A stretch of 64,000 nucleotides of DNA from Squalus acanthias (Eukaryota), in contig CM059432.1 in assembly GCA_030390025.1 (NCBI GenBank), positions 142,788,001 through 142,852,000 on the forward strand, written 5' to 3'. Below the pieces are notes generated by a model. That model worked only from the letters and a program-made list of their open reading frames with translations, ran no database searches and was not told the origin of the DNA. The first letter of the stretch is position 1. Each line of letters opens with the position of its first letter. Shown piece by piece: positions 24,608 to 36,297 of this stretch. The translations under genes were made by a program, and so were the position numbers.

Positions 24608-26668
24608 ATGTATGGTAAGATACCCCTATCTTTTAGAAGTAGGTGCATTAACTGCTGGTTCTAAAACATCGATATTTAATAAGCAGCTGGACACCTGCAA
24701 GAAAATATCCCATGCAGCTATGTCCTATCGCTGCACATCAGCAATGAGTCCCAATCTGCTCACTGCGAATTTCATTGGACCTACTTTAGACAAGTAGGAT
24801 TTGTTTCATCAGGGGGCTAGATTAAAATTTAAACAGAATAGAAAGATTTCACATGAATTGTAGTGGATGCAGTCAGATTGCCAGTGGTCTAATGTAAGCT
24901 CCAATGACCTTGGTTCAACTTGTGATGGTTAATTCTGCATTTGAACTTTGGGCATAAGGTAGAATCCCAGGCGACAACACTACAGGAGAAAATTCCTCAG
25001 CAAGAAAAACACGGTGTGAAAACTTGATGCAGTTACCTGGTACAGAGATCCTAACTGAGGAGAAGTGCAGCTGCAGTAGCTCCTGTATCCTGGCGTAACT
25101 GTGGCGTTCTGGTTGAAGTCGCTCCTCAGTGATGCTTCATTTGTCATCTTGTAGAGGACGGATAACCTGACTCCATCTCTCTGATACGATTGAGGTGCAC
25201 TGCGGCATAGAGTAGGTCAACTCATGAAATCTACTGATCTGCATGGGTTTGTAGCGTACTTAGTCCAGGAATAGGACATGGGTTTTCTCTGCCCTACCAA
25301 ACAGCTATAATATTGAATCACTGGCCATTTGTAGAGCACTGATATTGCTGATTCTCCTACCTGCTTTTCTTGGGAGCATCGCAACTTGTTTGTAGGATGT
25401 GATTCGTAAGCAGGGAGCTGAATGTTTCTAACTGAAGAGAACTTGATGCCGTTGGAGAGTAGGAGTCATTGGGCAACCGCACAGTCCATTTTCTAATGAC
25501 ATGAGTTTCTCTTTTTAGGGCTGTCTAATTACTTCTGTCTCCAGTGATCCAATTGTTGCTCTTGTTTCATAATTAACATTTCTGTATTAAAACTACAGAC
25601 AAAAAGTTCAAATTTTCCTCCTGAAATTGCAACACACAGAATCATACAGCACAGAACGAGGCCCATCGTGCATGTGCCGGATATGTTCTTTTCTCTACAT
25701 AGTCGCAAATGGTTGGCTTATTTTCCCCTGTTGACAGTTTTTCCTTCTTCCTCCTGATGACATTGACGCCCTGGAGGGCAGCAGACACCCTCTCGTGCCC
25801 ACCCGAATGGCGGGGTGAGCCCAGAGGGTGATTGTTTCCACCCACACGTGGTGGTGGTCTCACAGCCAAGCCTCGATCCTGACATCCAGACTCCTGCGCT
25901 TCCAGCAGGAGTGGGAGCCATAGCAATTTTCCCCCTTCTTCCCAGACGAGATTCCACTTGTAGTAACCCCCACTGCTGAAGAAGCTAACTTGGCACAGTC
26001 TGGCGATTGAACACGGAGTCTTTGTGCACGCCTCAGCTACTTACTGGACAAACTTGTAGGGGAGCCAGGAGCTTAGAAATGGTTAGCTTTGAAGAACCAG
26101 AATTCACCCTCCCCCTGCCAACATTTTTATTGGATTTGCTTGATTTGAAGTCATTTGTCTCACACAAAAGTGTAATCTAGAATGATCTCGTATACAAAAA
26201 AAATTAAATGCTTTGGGGTTCCTGCTCATAGGCTGATCAGTTAGGCAAAAAACAATTTGGTTTCTGTAATTAGAAGTCACTGTGCTGAACCTCGTAAGCT
26301 GTTCATAATTTGAAGTGTGGGTCATTAATATTTTAATAGCCAACAATTAACTTGTGTGTGAGCTTTTACTGCACGAACAGACAGCGAAATAATCTCGGAA
26401 TGGTTTTCATGTGAATTGGATCAATTGATTTTTCTTGTCCTTAATGGGTCTGAAAAGGATTTGATTGTACTCTAAGAACCTTGTTCCATGCACGGTGTGT
26501 CATGCCTAATGTAATCTCTCTACACTATCCTTTAAGTTTGAGGCGATTAGCCAAAAGTCTGCTGAGAAACCTATAGGGTAGCGACTGGCAAATCTGCATA
26601 ATTTCTTGGTTAATCACTTATTTTTCAAGAGCCTTTCAATTTAATTCATTTTTTGATTATTGTTGCAG

Positions 26669-26770
26669 GAATCTTACACTTACAAGGACCCCATCACTGA
26701 ATTTGTGGAATGCCTGTACGTGAATTTTGATTTCGATGGTGCTCAGAAGAAGCTGCGAGAGTGTGAATCG
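26669..26770 (+). CDS. EIF3E: eIF3 subunit E internal coding exon (approx. exon 9)
   Basis: Acceptor ttgcAG. The 102-nt phase 0/0 exon reads [34 protein letters not shown]. Donor is TCG|gtgagt. It continues the previous exon in frame. Confidence 0.97.
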
Positions 26771-26805
26771 GTGAGTTGTTTGTTTCACTATTAGTCTTTC
26801 ATACT

Positions 26806-27110
26806 TTTTTTTTATTCGTTCACGGGATGTGGGCATCGCTGGCAAGCCCAGCATTTATTACCCATCCCTAATTACCCTTGAGAAGGTGGTGGTGAGCAGC
26901 CTTGAACCGCTGCAGTCCGTGTGGTGAAGGTGCTCCCACAGTGCTGTTAGGGAGGGAGTTCCAGGATTTTGACCCAGCGACGATGAAGGAACGGCCGATA
27001 TACTTCTAAGTCAGGATGGTGCGTGACTTGGAGGGGAACTTGGAGGTGGTGGTGTTCCCATGCGCCTGCTGCCCTTGTCCTTCTAGTTGGTAGAGGTCGC
27101 GGGTTTGGGA
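26806..27110 (-). mobile_element. LINE family B 3' fragment, 35 bp after an EIF3E exon
   Basis: ttattcgttcacgggatgtgggcatcgctggcaag... preceded by poly-T (the element's A-tail). Confidence 0.88.
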
Positions 27111-27310
27111 CAATTATGAACACTAACATGAAAATTTCAGGGTCAGCAATAATGCACCCCATTTAAAAATGTTCTCTTTCAATCCCTATAGGAAAGGTGT
27201 ATCACTGAATTAGTGTGCCTGTTTATTTTTGGGGGTGTTGACGTTTAGGGAATGCATTAACCCACTTCTAGCTTTCCTTTCCCCACCTCTACCAAATGAC
27301 TTGGGTTACA

Positions 27311-28152
27311 CAAAACTGGTCCCAATGCCTCAAAAATTTAAAACCCTCCCTCTTACACCACTGCTCAAGCCACGTATTTAGCCTAACTATCCTGTTCTCT
27401 GTACTCTTACTAGCACGTGGCACTGGTAGTAATCCAGAGATTACTACCTTCGAGGTCCTACTTTTTAGCTTGGCTCCTAACTCCCTAAATTCTACTTGTA
27501 GGACCTCTTCCCTTTTTTTAGCTACGTCGTTGGTACCAACATGTATCACGACAACTGGCTGTTCCCCCTCCCCCTCCAGAATGTTCTGCACCCGCGCCGA
27601 GACATCCTTGACCCTTGCACCAGGGAGGCAAATTGCCATCCTGGAGTCTCGGTCGCGACCACAGAAACTCCTATCTATTCCCCTTACAATCGAATCCCCT
27701 ATTACTATAGCCCTGCCACTCTTTTTCCCTCCCTTCTTTGCAACAGAGCCAGTCATGGTGCCATGAGCCTGGCTGCTGGTGCCTTCCCCCGATGAGTCAT
27801 CCCCCCCGACAACAGCACCTAAGGCGGTGAACCTGTTGCTGAGGGAGACAACCCCAGGGGATTCCTGCACTACCTTCCTGCCCTTGCTCTGCCTTTTAGT
27901 CACCCATGTACTATCTACTCTGGCCTTAACCTGCGGTGTGACCAACTCACTAAATGTGCTATTCACAACCCTCTCAGAATCGTGGATGCTCCAAAGTGAG
28001 TCCATCCGCAGCTCAAGGGCCGTCATGCGGTCCCACATGAGCTGCAGCTGGACACACTTCCCGCACACATGGTTGTCAGGGACACAGGAAGCGTCCATGA
28101 TTTCCCACATGTTACAGGAGGAGCATGACACAGGTCCGAGCTCTACTGCCAT
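27311..28152 (-). pseudogene. CR1 ORF1, N-terminal part (zinc finger/coiled coil plus SGNH esterase)
   Basis: CxxC..CxxC, then heptad LELRMDSL, then SGNH blocks VIGDSIVR, LPGA and HVGTND. It is truncated at HWDQF by the inversion breakpoint. Confidence 0.92.
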
Positions 28153-28169
28153 GACTTAACCCTTATATT

Positions 28170-28264
28170 ACCTATACAAAAGGGACGGTCTACACCTGTG
28201 CAAAGATGGAACTGATGTTCTCGGGGTAAATTTTGATAAAGCAGTTCGGGAGCATTTAAACTAG
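28170..28264 (+). pseudogene. CR1 ORF1 C-terminus (SGNH block V)
   Basis: From 28172 it reads LYKRDGLHLCKDGTDVLGVNFDKAVREHLN*, containing the DxxH motif missing from the inverted part. Confidence 0.9.
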
Positions 28265-31207
28265 TATGGCAGGGGGCTAGAAACCCATGTAGTGAAATAG
28301 AGGAAAGTGAAAGGCAGACAGAAATAAATGGTAAAAAGGAGAGGAACAAAAAACAAAGGGCCAAACTAATTCATAAAAAATGTGAGCATAAAAAAAGCCT
28401 GAGGGTTTTATACCTTAATGCGAGAAGCATCAGGAACAAGGTAGATGAATTAGCTGTGGAAATAGAGGTTAATAATTATGATCTAATTGGGATTACGGAA
28501 ACATGGTTGCAGGGTGAGCAGGGCTGGGAGCTTAACATACAGGGGTATTCAGTATTTAGGAAGGATCGACAAAAAAGAAAGGGAGGAGGGGTAGCATTGC
28601 TGGTAAAAGAGGGGATAAATGCAATTGAAAGGAAGGATATTAACTCAGTTAATACAGAATCTATATGGGTGGAGCTAAGAAATAGCGAGGGGCGAAAAAC
28701 ATTAATAGGAGTGGTATATAGGCCTCCAAATAGTAAAATAGAGGTTGGGGAGGGCATCACGAGGGAAATTAGAGAAGCGTGCAATAAGAGCACAGCTGTC
28801 ATCATAGGTGACTTTAACTTACATATAGATTGGACTAGCCTAATCAGTAAAAATAATGAGGAGGAGGAATTCCTTGAGTGTTTAAGGGATGGTTATCTGG
28901 ATCAATATGTCGAGGAACCAACTCGGGAACAGGCTATATTGGACTGGGTACTGTGCAATGAGAAGGGACTAATTAGTAATCTTGTTGTACGGGGACCCTT
29001 GGGTCAGAGCGATCATAACATGATCGATTTCTCACTCGAAATGGAGAGCGAAGAAATTGACTCAGAGACTCAGGTCCTGAATTTAAACAAGGGGAATTAT
29101 GATGCCATTAGACGGGAACTGAGTAGGTCTGATTGGACAACGTTCCTGGGAGGACTGGAGGTAGATAAACAATGGCAAGCATTTAAAGATAGAATGACAA
29201 AATTGCAAAAATTGTTTATACCAATCTGGCATAAAAGGAAATCTAAAAAGGTGACTCAACCGTGGATAACAGGGGAAATTAGAGACAGCATAAAATCCAA
29301 AGATAGGGCGTATAAAATAGCCAAAAAAACGCGCCAGAGCGGAAGATTGGGAACAGTTTAAGATAGAGCAAAGGAGGGCAAAGGGCTTAATCAAGAAGGG
29401 CAAAATAGCTTACGAAAGCAAGCTGGCGGAAAATATAAAAACTAACTCCAAAAGCTTTTATAAGTATATCAAGAGGAAAAGACTGGTGAAAACCAAAGTT
29501 GGTCCATTGCAGTCAGATACGGGGGAATATATAATGGGAAATAAGGAAATGGCAGACCAACTAAATGCATACTTTGGGTCAGTCTTTACGAAGGAAGACA
29601 CAAAAAACCTCCCTGGGATATCGGGAAAAATAGGGACATTGGCAAAGGAGGAACTGACGCAAATCAATATCTCTAAGGATATGGTGTTAAGGAAGCTAAA
29701 GGGATTGAAGGCGGACAAATCCCCAGGGCCTGATAACATGCATCCTAGGGTACTGAAGGAGGTGGCCCTAGAGATAGCGGATGCACTAAGCATGATTTTT
29801 CAGAATTCATTAGACTCGGGAACAGTGCCCATGGATTGGAGGGTAGCTAACGTTACCCCACTATTCAAAAAGGGGGGTAGGGAAAAAGCAGGTAATTACA
29901 GACCTGTAAGCCTTACATCAGTTGTGGGCAAAATGCTGGAGTCCATCATTAAGGATGAAATAGCCGAGCACTTAGCAAATGGGGACAGGATAGGACAGAG
30001 TCAACATGGATTTACAAAGGGTAAATCGTGCTTGACTAATCTATTGGAATTTTTTGAGGGAGTAACTGGTAAAATAGATGGGGGAGAGCCAGTAGATGTG
30101 GTGTACCTGGACTTCCAAAAGGCCTTCGATAAGGTCCCACATAAAAGATTAGCATGGAAAATTGAAGCTCATGGGATAAAGGGGAAAGTATTGACGTGGA
30201 TAGAGAACTGGCTGTCAGATAGAAAACAGAGAGTTGGAATAAACGGCTCATTTTCTGAATGGCAGGCAGTAACAAGTGGGGTACCACAGGGATCTGTCCT
30301 GGGTCCCCAGCTGTTCACAATTTATATTAATGACCTGGATCAGGGAGTCGAATGCAGCATTTCCAAATTTGCAGACGACACTAAACTAGGAGGGGGGGTG
30401 GGCTCAGAGGAGGAGACCAGGAAGCTCCAGAGCGATTTGGACAGACTGGGTGATTGGGCGGATAAATGGCAGATGCACTATAATGTGGACAAGTGCGAAG
30501 TTATCCACCTTGGGTGCAGGAACGGGAGGGCAAATTATTATTTAAATGGCAATAAATTGGGAGAGGGGGAAGTACAGAGAGACCTGGGTGTTCTTGTACA
30601 CCAGTCACTGAAGGCGAGCATGCAGGTGCAACAGGCGATCAAGAAGGCAAACGGTATGCTGGCCTTCATAGCAAAAGGGTTGGAATACAGGAACAGGGAT
30701 ACCTTGCTGCAGCTGTACAGGGCACTGGTGAGACCACACCTCGAGTACTGTGTACAGTTTTGGTCGCCTCATCTGAGGAAAGATGTTCTTGCCATGGAGG
30801 GGGTGCAGCGGCGATTCACCAGGCTGATACCAGGAATGGCGGGATTGACCTATGAGGAGAGACTATGTAGTTTAGGGATGTACACACTGGAGTTTAGAAG
30901 ATTGAGAGGGGACCTCATAGAAGTGTATAAAATTCTGACAGGTCTAGACAGATTAGATGCAGAAGGAATGTTTCCCTTGGCGGGTGAGAACAGAACTAGA
31001 GGACATAATTTAAGGATAAGGGCTAAACCATTTAGGACAGAAATGAGGGGGAATTTCTTCACTCAGAGGGTGGTGAACCTGTGGAACTCATTGCCACAGA
31101 GGGCAGTGTACGCCAGCTCATTAAATATATTTAAGAGGGAATTAGATATATTTCTACAGGCAAAAGGGGTTAAGGGTTACGGAGAGAAGGCGGGGACGGG
31201 ATACTGA
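28255..31207 (+). pseudogene. CR1 ORF2 (AP endonuclease plus reverse transcriptase) with a single +1 frameshift in the A7 run at 29323-29329
   Basis: The frame is open from FKLVWQG through YLNARSIRNK, GITETW, YRPP, GDFN and SDH. After the shift it reads EDWEQFK, GPD, YRPVSLTS, LDFQKAFDKV, GVPQGSVLGP, FADDTKL and FFTQRVVNLWN to the stop at 31207. Confidence 0.95.
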
Positions 31208-31321
31208 ATTGGAGGATCAGCCATGATCTCATTAAATGGCGGAGCAGGCTCGAAGGGCCGGATGGCCTACTCCTGCTCCTATCTTCTATGTATCTATGTA
31301 TCTATGTAACTCCGGACCCCA

Positions 31322-33141
31322 CAACATTAACTCCGGACCCCATGAAATCTCATGGCTTCAGGTCAAGCATAGGCAAGGAAACCTCCTGCTGATTATCACC
31401 TACCGCCCTCCCTCAGTATGAATCAGTACTCCTCCATGTTGAACACCACTTGGAACAAGCACAGAAGCAAGGGCAGAGAATGTGCTCTGGGTGGGGGACC
31501 TCAATGTTCATCACCAAAAGTGGCTCAGTAGCACCACTATTGACCGAGCTGGCAGAGTCCTGAAAGATATAGCTGCCAGACTGGGCCTGTGGCAGGTGCT
31601 GAGAGAACCAACATGAGGGGAAAAACCTACTTGATTTCGTCCTTACCAATCTACCTGTCGCAGATGCATCTGTATTGGTAGTAGTGACCACCGCAGAGTC
31701 CTTGTGGAGACAAAGACCCGTCTTCACACTGAGGACACCCTCCATCGTGTTGTGTGGCACTACCACCGTGCTAAATGGGATAGATTCAGAACAGATCTAG
31801 CAGCTCAAAACTGGGCATCTATGAGGCGCAGTGGGCCATCAACAGCAGCAGAATTGTACACCTCCACAATCTGTAACCTCATGGCCCGGCACTCATTCTA
31901 CCATTACCATCAAGCCAGGGGACCAACCCTGGTTCAATGAGGAGTGTAGAAGAGCATGCCAGGAGCAGCACCAGGAGTACCTAAAAATGATTTCCCAACC
32001 TGGGGAAGCGGCAACACAGGACTACATGCACGCTAAACAACGGAAGCAGCATGTTATAGACAGAGCTAAGCGATCCCACAATCAACGGATCAGATCAAAG
32101 CTCTGCAGTCCTGCCACATCCAGTCGTGAATGGTGGTGGACAATTCAACAACTAATGGGAGGAGGAGGCTCCATGATGGCACTGCCCAGCACGTGAGTGC
32201 AAAAGACAGGGCTGAAGGGTTTGCAACCATCTTCAGCCGGAAGTGCCAAAAGAGCTGAATTCAATCTTGGCCTCCTCCTGAGGTCCCCACCATTACATAA
32301 GCCAGCCAATTCGTTTCACTCCACGTGATATCAAGAAATGGCTGAGTGCACTGGATACAGCAAAGGGTATGGGCCCCGACAACATCCCGGCTGTCGTGCT
32401 GGAGACTTGTGCTTCAGAACTAGCCGCGCCTCTAGCCAAGCTCTTCCAGTACAGCTACAACACTGGCATCTCCCCGACAATGTGGAAAACTCCCCAGGTA
32501 TGTTCTGTCCACAAAAAAGCTGGACAAATTTAATCTGGTCAATTAGCGCCCCATCAGTCTACTCTCAATCATCAGCAAAGTGATGGAAGGTGTCATCGAC
32601 AGTGCTATCAAGCGGCACTTACTCACCAATAATCTGCTCACCGATGCTCAGTTTGGGTTCCGCCAGGACCACTCAGCTCTCGACCTCATTACAACCTTGG
32701 TCCAAACATGGACAAAAGAGCTGAATTCCAGAGGTGAGTGACTGCTCTTGATCTAAGGCAGCATTTGACTGAGTGTATCATCAAGGAGCCCTAGTAAAAT
32801 TGAAGTCAATGGGAATCAGGGAGAATCGCCACTGGCTGGAGTCATACCTAGCACAAAGGAAGATGGTTGTGGTTATTGGAGGTCAATCATCACAGCCCCA
32901 GGACAGTGCAACTCCAACAACACTCAAGAAGCTCGACACCATCCAGGACAAAGCAGCCCGCTTGATCGCTGGGTCAAAATCCTGGAATTCCCTCCCTAAC
33001 AGCACTGTGGGAGTACCTTCACCACACGGACTGCAGCGGTTCAAGAAGGCGACTCACCACCACCTTCTCGAGGGCAATTAGGGATGGGCAATAAATGCTG
33101 GCCTTGCCAGCGACGCCCACATCCCGTGAACGAATAAAAAA
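31322..33141 (+). mobile_element. LINE family B (CR1 clade), degenerate and internally deleted
   Basis: Endonuclease remnants (ITYRPPS, VGDLNVHH, SDH), PWFNEEC, GPDNIP and QFGFR. The RT core is deleted at about 32903. The 3' end is cccacatcccgtgaacgaataaaaaa. Confidence 0.9.
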
Positions 33142-34959
33142 TCATCCACTTGGGCTATTTGGTTGATGAACATTTGGGTTAATGAATGTCATTGGAATTC
33201 TGAGTTTTACAAATTGCATTATGTCCCTGTATCTGACGTGTAGTTACCAATGCTGGAAGTGTGGCGATGACGAATAAAATTTTGATGGATAAAATTTTTA
33301 AAAATCGTAACGCCAGTAAATGCAGCCTCGAGACGCTGCTTTTATGGGCTCGGTTTGTGCATTGTTGAGAGCATTTGGTTTTCCAAAATCGAAGAGCTGA
33401 AAGTAAGTGAAGCAAAAGCGATTCCATGTGCGCCATTCAAATATTTAAAATATTTTGAAGAGGAGCCAATGAGCAGAGCTCATGCTGGGGCTGCAATTCC
33501 AGCCAGTAATATCCTCTGTAGTCAGGGTAGCTCGTGACCCCAGCCACAAAGCATAACATTTAGTACATTGCCTCCACAAATTACACCAGTAAGAAATAAA
33601 CACCATACATCACATTCACATTTTGCTGTCACCTCAGAAAAGAAAGACTTGCATTTATATAGCGCCTTTCATGATGTCCCAAACCACTTTACAGCTAATT
33701 AAGTACTTTTGAAGTGTAGTCACTGTTGCAATGTAGGAAGCAATATTAATTCTTCACAAACCATATCTGGAGTGTTGTCTGGTTATGGCTCATGTGGCAG
33801 TTTTAAGGGCAACACAGGTGATTCCAGGTGACTGACCCTCGAGTTATCAAGACAGGCTAGAATGCCAAATTTATTCTCCCTGGAGGGGAGAAAGATCAAG
33901 GGGGAGAAGATACGAACCTGAGTTTTAAAAATAATAACGGAAATTCATAGTTTGGATGCAGCATTTTGTTTCCTTTTGCCAAATCATTAGACGGCATTAT
34001 AAATTGAAGGCATGAGTTGAACTCTGAGGATAAATTTTTACAGGCTTGTGAGTCATCAGTGTACCGCCAACTTAGCGAAGGAAGGATTTTTAAAATGTAC
34101 TGGGCGGGTTCCTCTTTCAGCAGGGAGTCAAAGTATATAGGTTGATGGGGAGGAAAAGAGTAAAGGCCAGTGAGCGGAATGGGGCCTGGGTGGGTTGATC
34201 GCACATCTGTGGTACAATGCTGACCAGCATTGATTGCAATTTTGTTGCGTCTTGAAAATTTGGGCTATAAAAGGCAGTTTCATGTGTGATCACTGACAAA
34301 GCTCTTGAGCAGACTCTGTCTTCCCACGATTGGCCCCTCTGACATTGGGTTTAATATCAGCGTGTTATGATTGTACCCAGTTGTTCAGATGCGAAGAAGC
34401 TGCTTCAGCCAGGTCTTGGGGCCACTGCTAGATGCAGTGGTATCTCACTGTTCCTACCAGAACCTCTCCACAGCTAACTAGGAATTGTTTTGACTTGAGC
34501 CTACAGATCCAGGCCATACCATTCAGTTCATTCCATTAGGCAGCATTATTTGAACATCAGAGATGCAATTTAATTTTGAGGGGAGGAATGGGGAAAAACA
34601 CGCCACAAGAAGTCTCGATTCCAAATGTGCCGTGTTCTTGATCCCGGCACAGCTGCCTGAGGGTGGTGCTGAACTGAAATTGGATTGTACTGATCTGGTA
34701 CAGAAAATCACTGGGGCCTTTTTACACTGCGCCAGTGGTAGCTGCGATTGTCCTGTGAATTTGTACGGATAAAGTGACTTGATTGCATTGTGTTGCACCC
34801 TTGAGTTGTAGTTTTTAATTTTGCCAGGTTTTATCCTTTCCAATTTGGACTCTGGCGCTGTCCTTGCACCTTGAGGCCCCGTTCAGGGCAGCGGGTTAGC
34901 GCATTGTTTGATCCCGGCTGAAGGCAATAGGGAAGTCTGCTCAATTAGTTGTCTTCGTG

Positions 34960-36297
34960 CAGTGGTTCTCAAACTGGGGTCCAGGGACCCCTGGGGATCC
35001 GTAGAGACTTTCCAGAGGGTCCACGAAAAGCACCCCAGTCGGTGATGGAGAGCGGGCCAGTGCGGAGCGGCTGGGCGCTGCTGAACAGGGCGGCGAACGG
35101 TTACCGTGGCGGCGGCAGCAGCAGCTGTGCGCTGCATGAAGAGGAGAAGGAGGGAGGGGAAAAGACTGCGGGCCAACAGAGGCCGCAATGCCACCACCTG
35201 CAACAGGAGTCGGCTTCCCTGATCATTTGACCCTTGAGAGGGAGTCCCACACTTCCCGGGAAAGAAATGTTCTGTGCTACAGTGGCATACTGGCTATACC
35301 GTCTCGACTGGGTGGTCTAGTGTGAAAGGGGGAAGTATCCCTCGAAATAAACCTGCCTGAAACGTTCAAGGGGCTTTAACTAATCCCAGCAGCAATACTA
35401 TTGGAGAGAGAACCCTGTCCATCAAGTCTCACGAGGACAGGTTGCATCAACTTGGATTGCAATTCTTTGATTTTAGAACGTTGAGTGATTTAATTAAGAT
35501 GTATATAGTTGTAAAAGTGTTCGATATGCTAGAGAAACAATTTCCTCTGGTGGATGAAAGGCATAAGGATATCCAGCGTGACACCAACTTTTAAAGAGGG
35601 AGAGAGTTTTGCAACTAGGGGGGTAAGGGTCCAGCACAGTGGTTCTCAAACTGGGCTTCACGGACCCCTGGGGGCCCGTAGAAACTTTTCAGGGGGTCCG
35701 CGAAAAAGACCCAATCGGTGATGCAGTGTGAGCCGGTGCGGAGCGGAGAACGAGGAGGAGGGAGGGAAAAAGACTGCCGGCCAGCAGCGGCCGCAATGCC
35801 ACCGGCAGCAACAGGAGTCGGAGGTGGGGAAGTACAGGGCCAGCTGTTCAGAGAGGTACCGACTGTCTGTAAACCACGATCCCGGCCCCACTACCAGCTG
35901 GCTGCAGCAACGCTGGGATATGGCCCAAAAAAACCCAGGCCCCGTGAGTTAGACATATCTTACATTAGATGTGTCTGTCCATGGTCAAGGGCTGGCCAAG
36001 GAGCACATCTGATATAATAATCTGAGCAGCACTTGAATACACTGAATAACCAATGCATCTGCAATTAAAAAAAAATCAATGCTTTAAAATTACTATAATT
36101 TTATATGTACATACTTGAGAGATTCCCATTTTGTAAATGTCACGATGGCTATATTGCAATTCATTGTCAGAAGATCCTGGGACAGTATCCATACATAATA
36201 ATTTAGATGGGGGTCCAATAATAATTTAGATGGGGGTCCGTGATTACTAATCCATTTGAAAAGGGGTCCTTCAACCAAAATAGTTTGAGAACCGCTG
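34960..36297. mobile_element. Non-autonomous hAT (Charlie-like) element with a duplicated left end
   Basis: TIR cagtggttctcaaact at 34960 and again at 35637, with right TIR agtttgagaaccgctg ending at 36297. The 8-bp flanks tcttcgtg/tcttaggg match at 6 of 8. Confidence 0.8.

Larger units (their letters stand above)
27311..31308 (+). mobile_element. Near full-length young CR1 LINE with a 5' inversion
   Basis: The N-terminal part of ORF1 is inverted (27311-28169). The ORF1 C-terminus, ORF2 (APE plus RT), 3' UTR and (tatctatg)n tail are on + (28170-31308). Confidence 0.95.

Noticed and set aside
25760..26070. Possible ancient SINE on the minus strand (similar motifs at about 40990-41210)
   Set aside because: It is too degraded to assign or delimit without a repeat library.
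27289..28152. Host GDSL/SGNH lipase gene nested antisense in EIF3E
   Set aside because: It is CR1 ORF1. Its catalytic DxxH C-terminus lies on the opposite strand, contiguous with ORF2.
27296..28159. Plus-strand ORFs over ORF1, and similar ORFs opposite other LINEs (5598, 28476, 29458, 41681, 42333, 47492)
   Set aside because: They are antisense shadows of LINE coding sequence.
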